Shown here: positions 61,581 to 64,000 of the stretch, piece after piece | Numbering within the stretch: position 1 is the first letter of the stretch | How the letters are laid out: each line of letters begins with the position of its first letter | Assembly: GCA_976226885.1 (NCBI GenBank) | Contig: OZ320314.1 | Coordinates: forward strand, 34,534,001 to 34,598,000 | Direction: 5' to 3' | DNA from: Iphione sp. A-MEVVRFRX5 | Lineage: Eukaryota | Length of the DNA stretch: 64,000 nt | Notes under the pieces: generated by a model | Seen by the model: the letters and a program-made list of their open reading frames with translations, nothing else | The model's database searches: none | Told to the model about the DNA's origin: nothing | Translations under genes and position numbers: made by a program

Positions 61581-64000
61581 ACCACCTCCCCCCCAAGCTC
61601 CCCCATCCCCCCGCTGCCGCCCTCTCGCCCACATGGGTGGAACTATCAAAGAGGGCGCGTGCTGTTGACCCCGTCGAGCCGGTGTGAGTGACTCAGTTGT
61701 CCTGTCCGTGTGGCCGTCCTGATTGTGACGCTAACCTGTGATAAAGGAAGCAGCGTGAAAGGTGAGTGCCGAGCAGGCAGGCAGTTGTTAGAGCGTAGCG
61801 GACACTGTACCATTTAGTCACGCCAACCCATGCTTCCACACGGCACTCTATTATGGGAGAGGTTATGTTTACAAAGACGGAACAACTTATGCTAGAGAAC
61901 GTCACATTCGTAACCGCTTCGTTTATATATGTTTATAATAAATGTGTGAAACAAATAAAAGAAAACATTTTGGTGTTTTGCATTAGCCTAAAAGGTTTAG
62001 TTGGTAGCAGGCAGCCATTTCTGGACTATCGTTCTATGTAGATACAGTCAAAAGGTTCTGAACACCACCTATCTATTGATGATACAGGTGTCAGAGGCTA
62101 TAATTGTCATTGGCCTTCCTTACGAATAAAAACGTGTCTGGTGATAGATGCTGCATCCCCCTAATCAATCCTTAGCAGAGAACTGCGCTGTTTCTAAGAT
62201 ACAAGGTGATTTAAGTAGCCTTTGTATGCTTCCGCTTCGTAGCACAGAAATCGTACGAATGGACGCGACTTCAAAGCGGTTTGACGATGTGCCCAATTGA
62301 TGAGATAAGTTTAGAAATTGGATTCAATCCTCACACAACCTCCCCGATCGACTAAGCGGGTGTGGCCGTGTTGGGCGAATATAAAGTTCAGTCAGCATAA
62401 ATTCTCCCCTCTTTCCCTCCAAAAATCGATATTCACACCTGACCAGGTCATCAAAGGTCGCCAGGTAAGATGCAGCGGCCAGTGAGAGGTGTCAGGTGCC
62501 AAGGCCTCCGCACCAAACCCCCCACTTGTACACATATTTATTTCAAACACTGCACATTAAAGTTGCACGGGTATTGATTGCAACCAAGTCATCTAGTGCA
62601 AACCGTGGCAGGGTTAAAAACTCCAGAGGTCAGATCCACCACCGTTTAGTTCTTTTTTGTTGGAAAAAAAAGTTTTGAAAAATGGGGAACGATAAAATAT
62701 TCAAAGTGTTGTAATGGAAGAACAGGAAACACGACATGTTGTCAGCATGTTATGCAATGGAAAGGGTAAACTCACCCCCCTTCACTTCCATCCTCATTAA
62801 AGGTCAACACCTAGGTCGGAAGGGTTACAAAGGACGGGTAGGCCTAATGGGGATTTTGCATTTTGAACCTGCCTCCAACCATCTTAAATGTGCACTTTTG
62901 CTCGCACTCCTCCTTTATGCAAGGTCCGTCGGTCGCACGCGAGAAGCAGTTTTCCCAATTCGGACTGTCAGAATTTGCGTGTTATTGATGGCCTTGCAGG
63001 AGGGGTATGTGTTGATGTGACCTTCCTCCTAAATGCAATGAGTGGTATGGAAAAAGATACGGTGTTGTGGGGTGATTCATTTGGCAGCAGGCCGTTCAGA
63101 AATACTGGCTAGCGCCGCGGACGACAGCGTTAAAAGTCTGTTCAATAACCAACTGCGACATACAAGCATCATACTAGATCATACGTCTGATTCGCCTTTA
63201 ATGTGAACGTACCACCGTTCTGCGTTATCACACAATATGCTCCATCTCAGAAGGATATTTTCTTTTTTTTTCCGAAACATCCCATTCACACTTTTAGAGC
63301 GAACGCTAAGACGCAAGGGTCGTTCGAAGAGATTAAATCCCTCTCAAAGCTTTCTTATTACCCGTTGCCAGCACCTTCTGTTCATTCCCACGCTGACCCA
63401 TTGGTAAATAAGGTCACATCTTGAGCTGTATTGGTCGGTGTACAGAATCATAAGCTGGAGACGTGCCATGTGTATTGTATGAATGTAACCTACCGTGCTG
63501 CACATGGAAATATCCCACCAGCAAGCCGACAACACGAAGAATGAATATTTAAATTGAAACGCGGCAGAAAACACCGAAAGGGAGTAGCCTTTATGCAGGC
63601 CTTCCGGCAAATGAAGCCATTACGTCTCCCAAGAAGCCACTTGAGAAGCCACAGCATGTGTACGCAAACATTTATTCTGTCGCCAAGATGGGGCACTTGG
63701 CAGGAGGGAAAGGAAATATGAAAAAACTGGCAGATTTCCATCCTAAGTAGATTGGGGTGGAGAAAAACGCAAACATGTTATCGATTACCTTGGGGGGAGC
63801 ATTGTTAAAAACGGTGCCTTTTCATTCTGCTCGATTGGCAACGAATTGAAGTGTTGTGGCGAAAAACAATAATCACAAGCGCGAAAGGCATGCTGGAGGA
63901 AGACAAAAAAGGGTGACGCGGGGATTCAAAAGTGAACGGTGCAATAAAATCTAATCACCCTAATAACTGCTTTTTATGTATGGGTTGGAAAAAGGCAAGC

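Noticed and set aside
1-64000. Exons of known large-intron developmental genes (Meis, Pbx, Ebf, FoxP, Dach, Bcl11, Rbfox, Mbnl, Auts2) and miR-10
   Set aside because: Searched by eye for their diagnostic peptides or sequences and found no match, so no gene symbol is assigned.

Overview
Eukaryotic, almost entirely non-coding DNA (GC roughly low-40s % by eye). TACATGTA palindromes are strongly enriched, and many CpG-rich blocks are flanked by poly-G/poly-C runs. From recall this composition resembles amphioxus (Branchiostoma) or a similar marine invertebrate, but this is an inference. I recognise no protein-coding gene, rRNA, tRNA, CRISPR array or conserved miRNA, and most of the ORF track is best explained by chance or low-complexity sequence. 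The window looks like a gene desert or giant intron of a developmentally regulated locus. It carries a few isolated exon-like segments with good plus-strand splice signals (best 14510-14595), candidate microexons and recursive-splice-like AG|GT sites. Mobile elements: an intact-ended 2.9-kb CACTA/EnSpm-type element carrying decayed spliced cargo (49754-52639), a PIF/Harbinger-type MITE (43656-43977), and decayed CR1/L2-group LINE, Penelope-like and Helentron/HINE-like remnants. The most unusual object is a ~140-nt U1 snRNA-like unit at 5193-5332, bracketed by a 138-bp-period direct repeat and embedded in a fold-back-rich 0.76-kb block.
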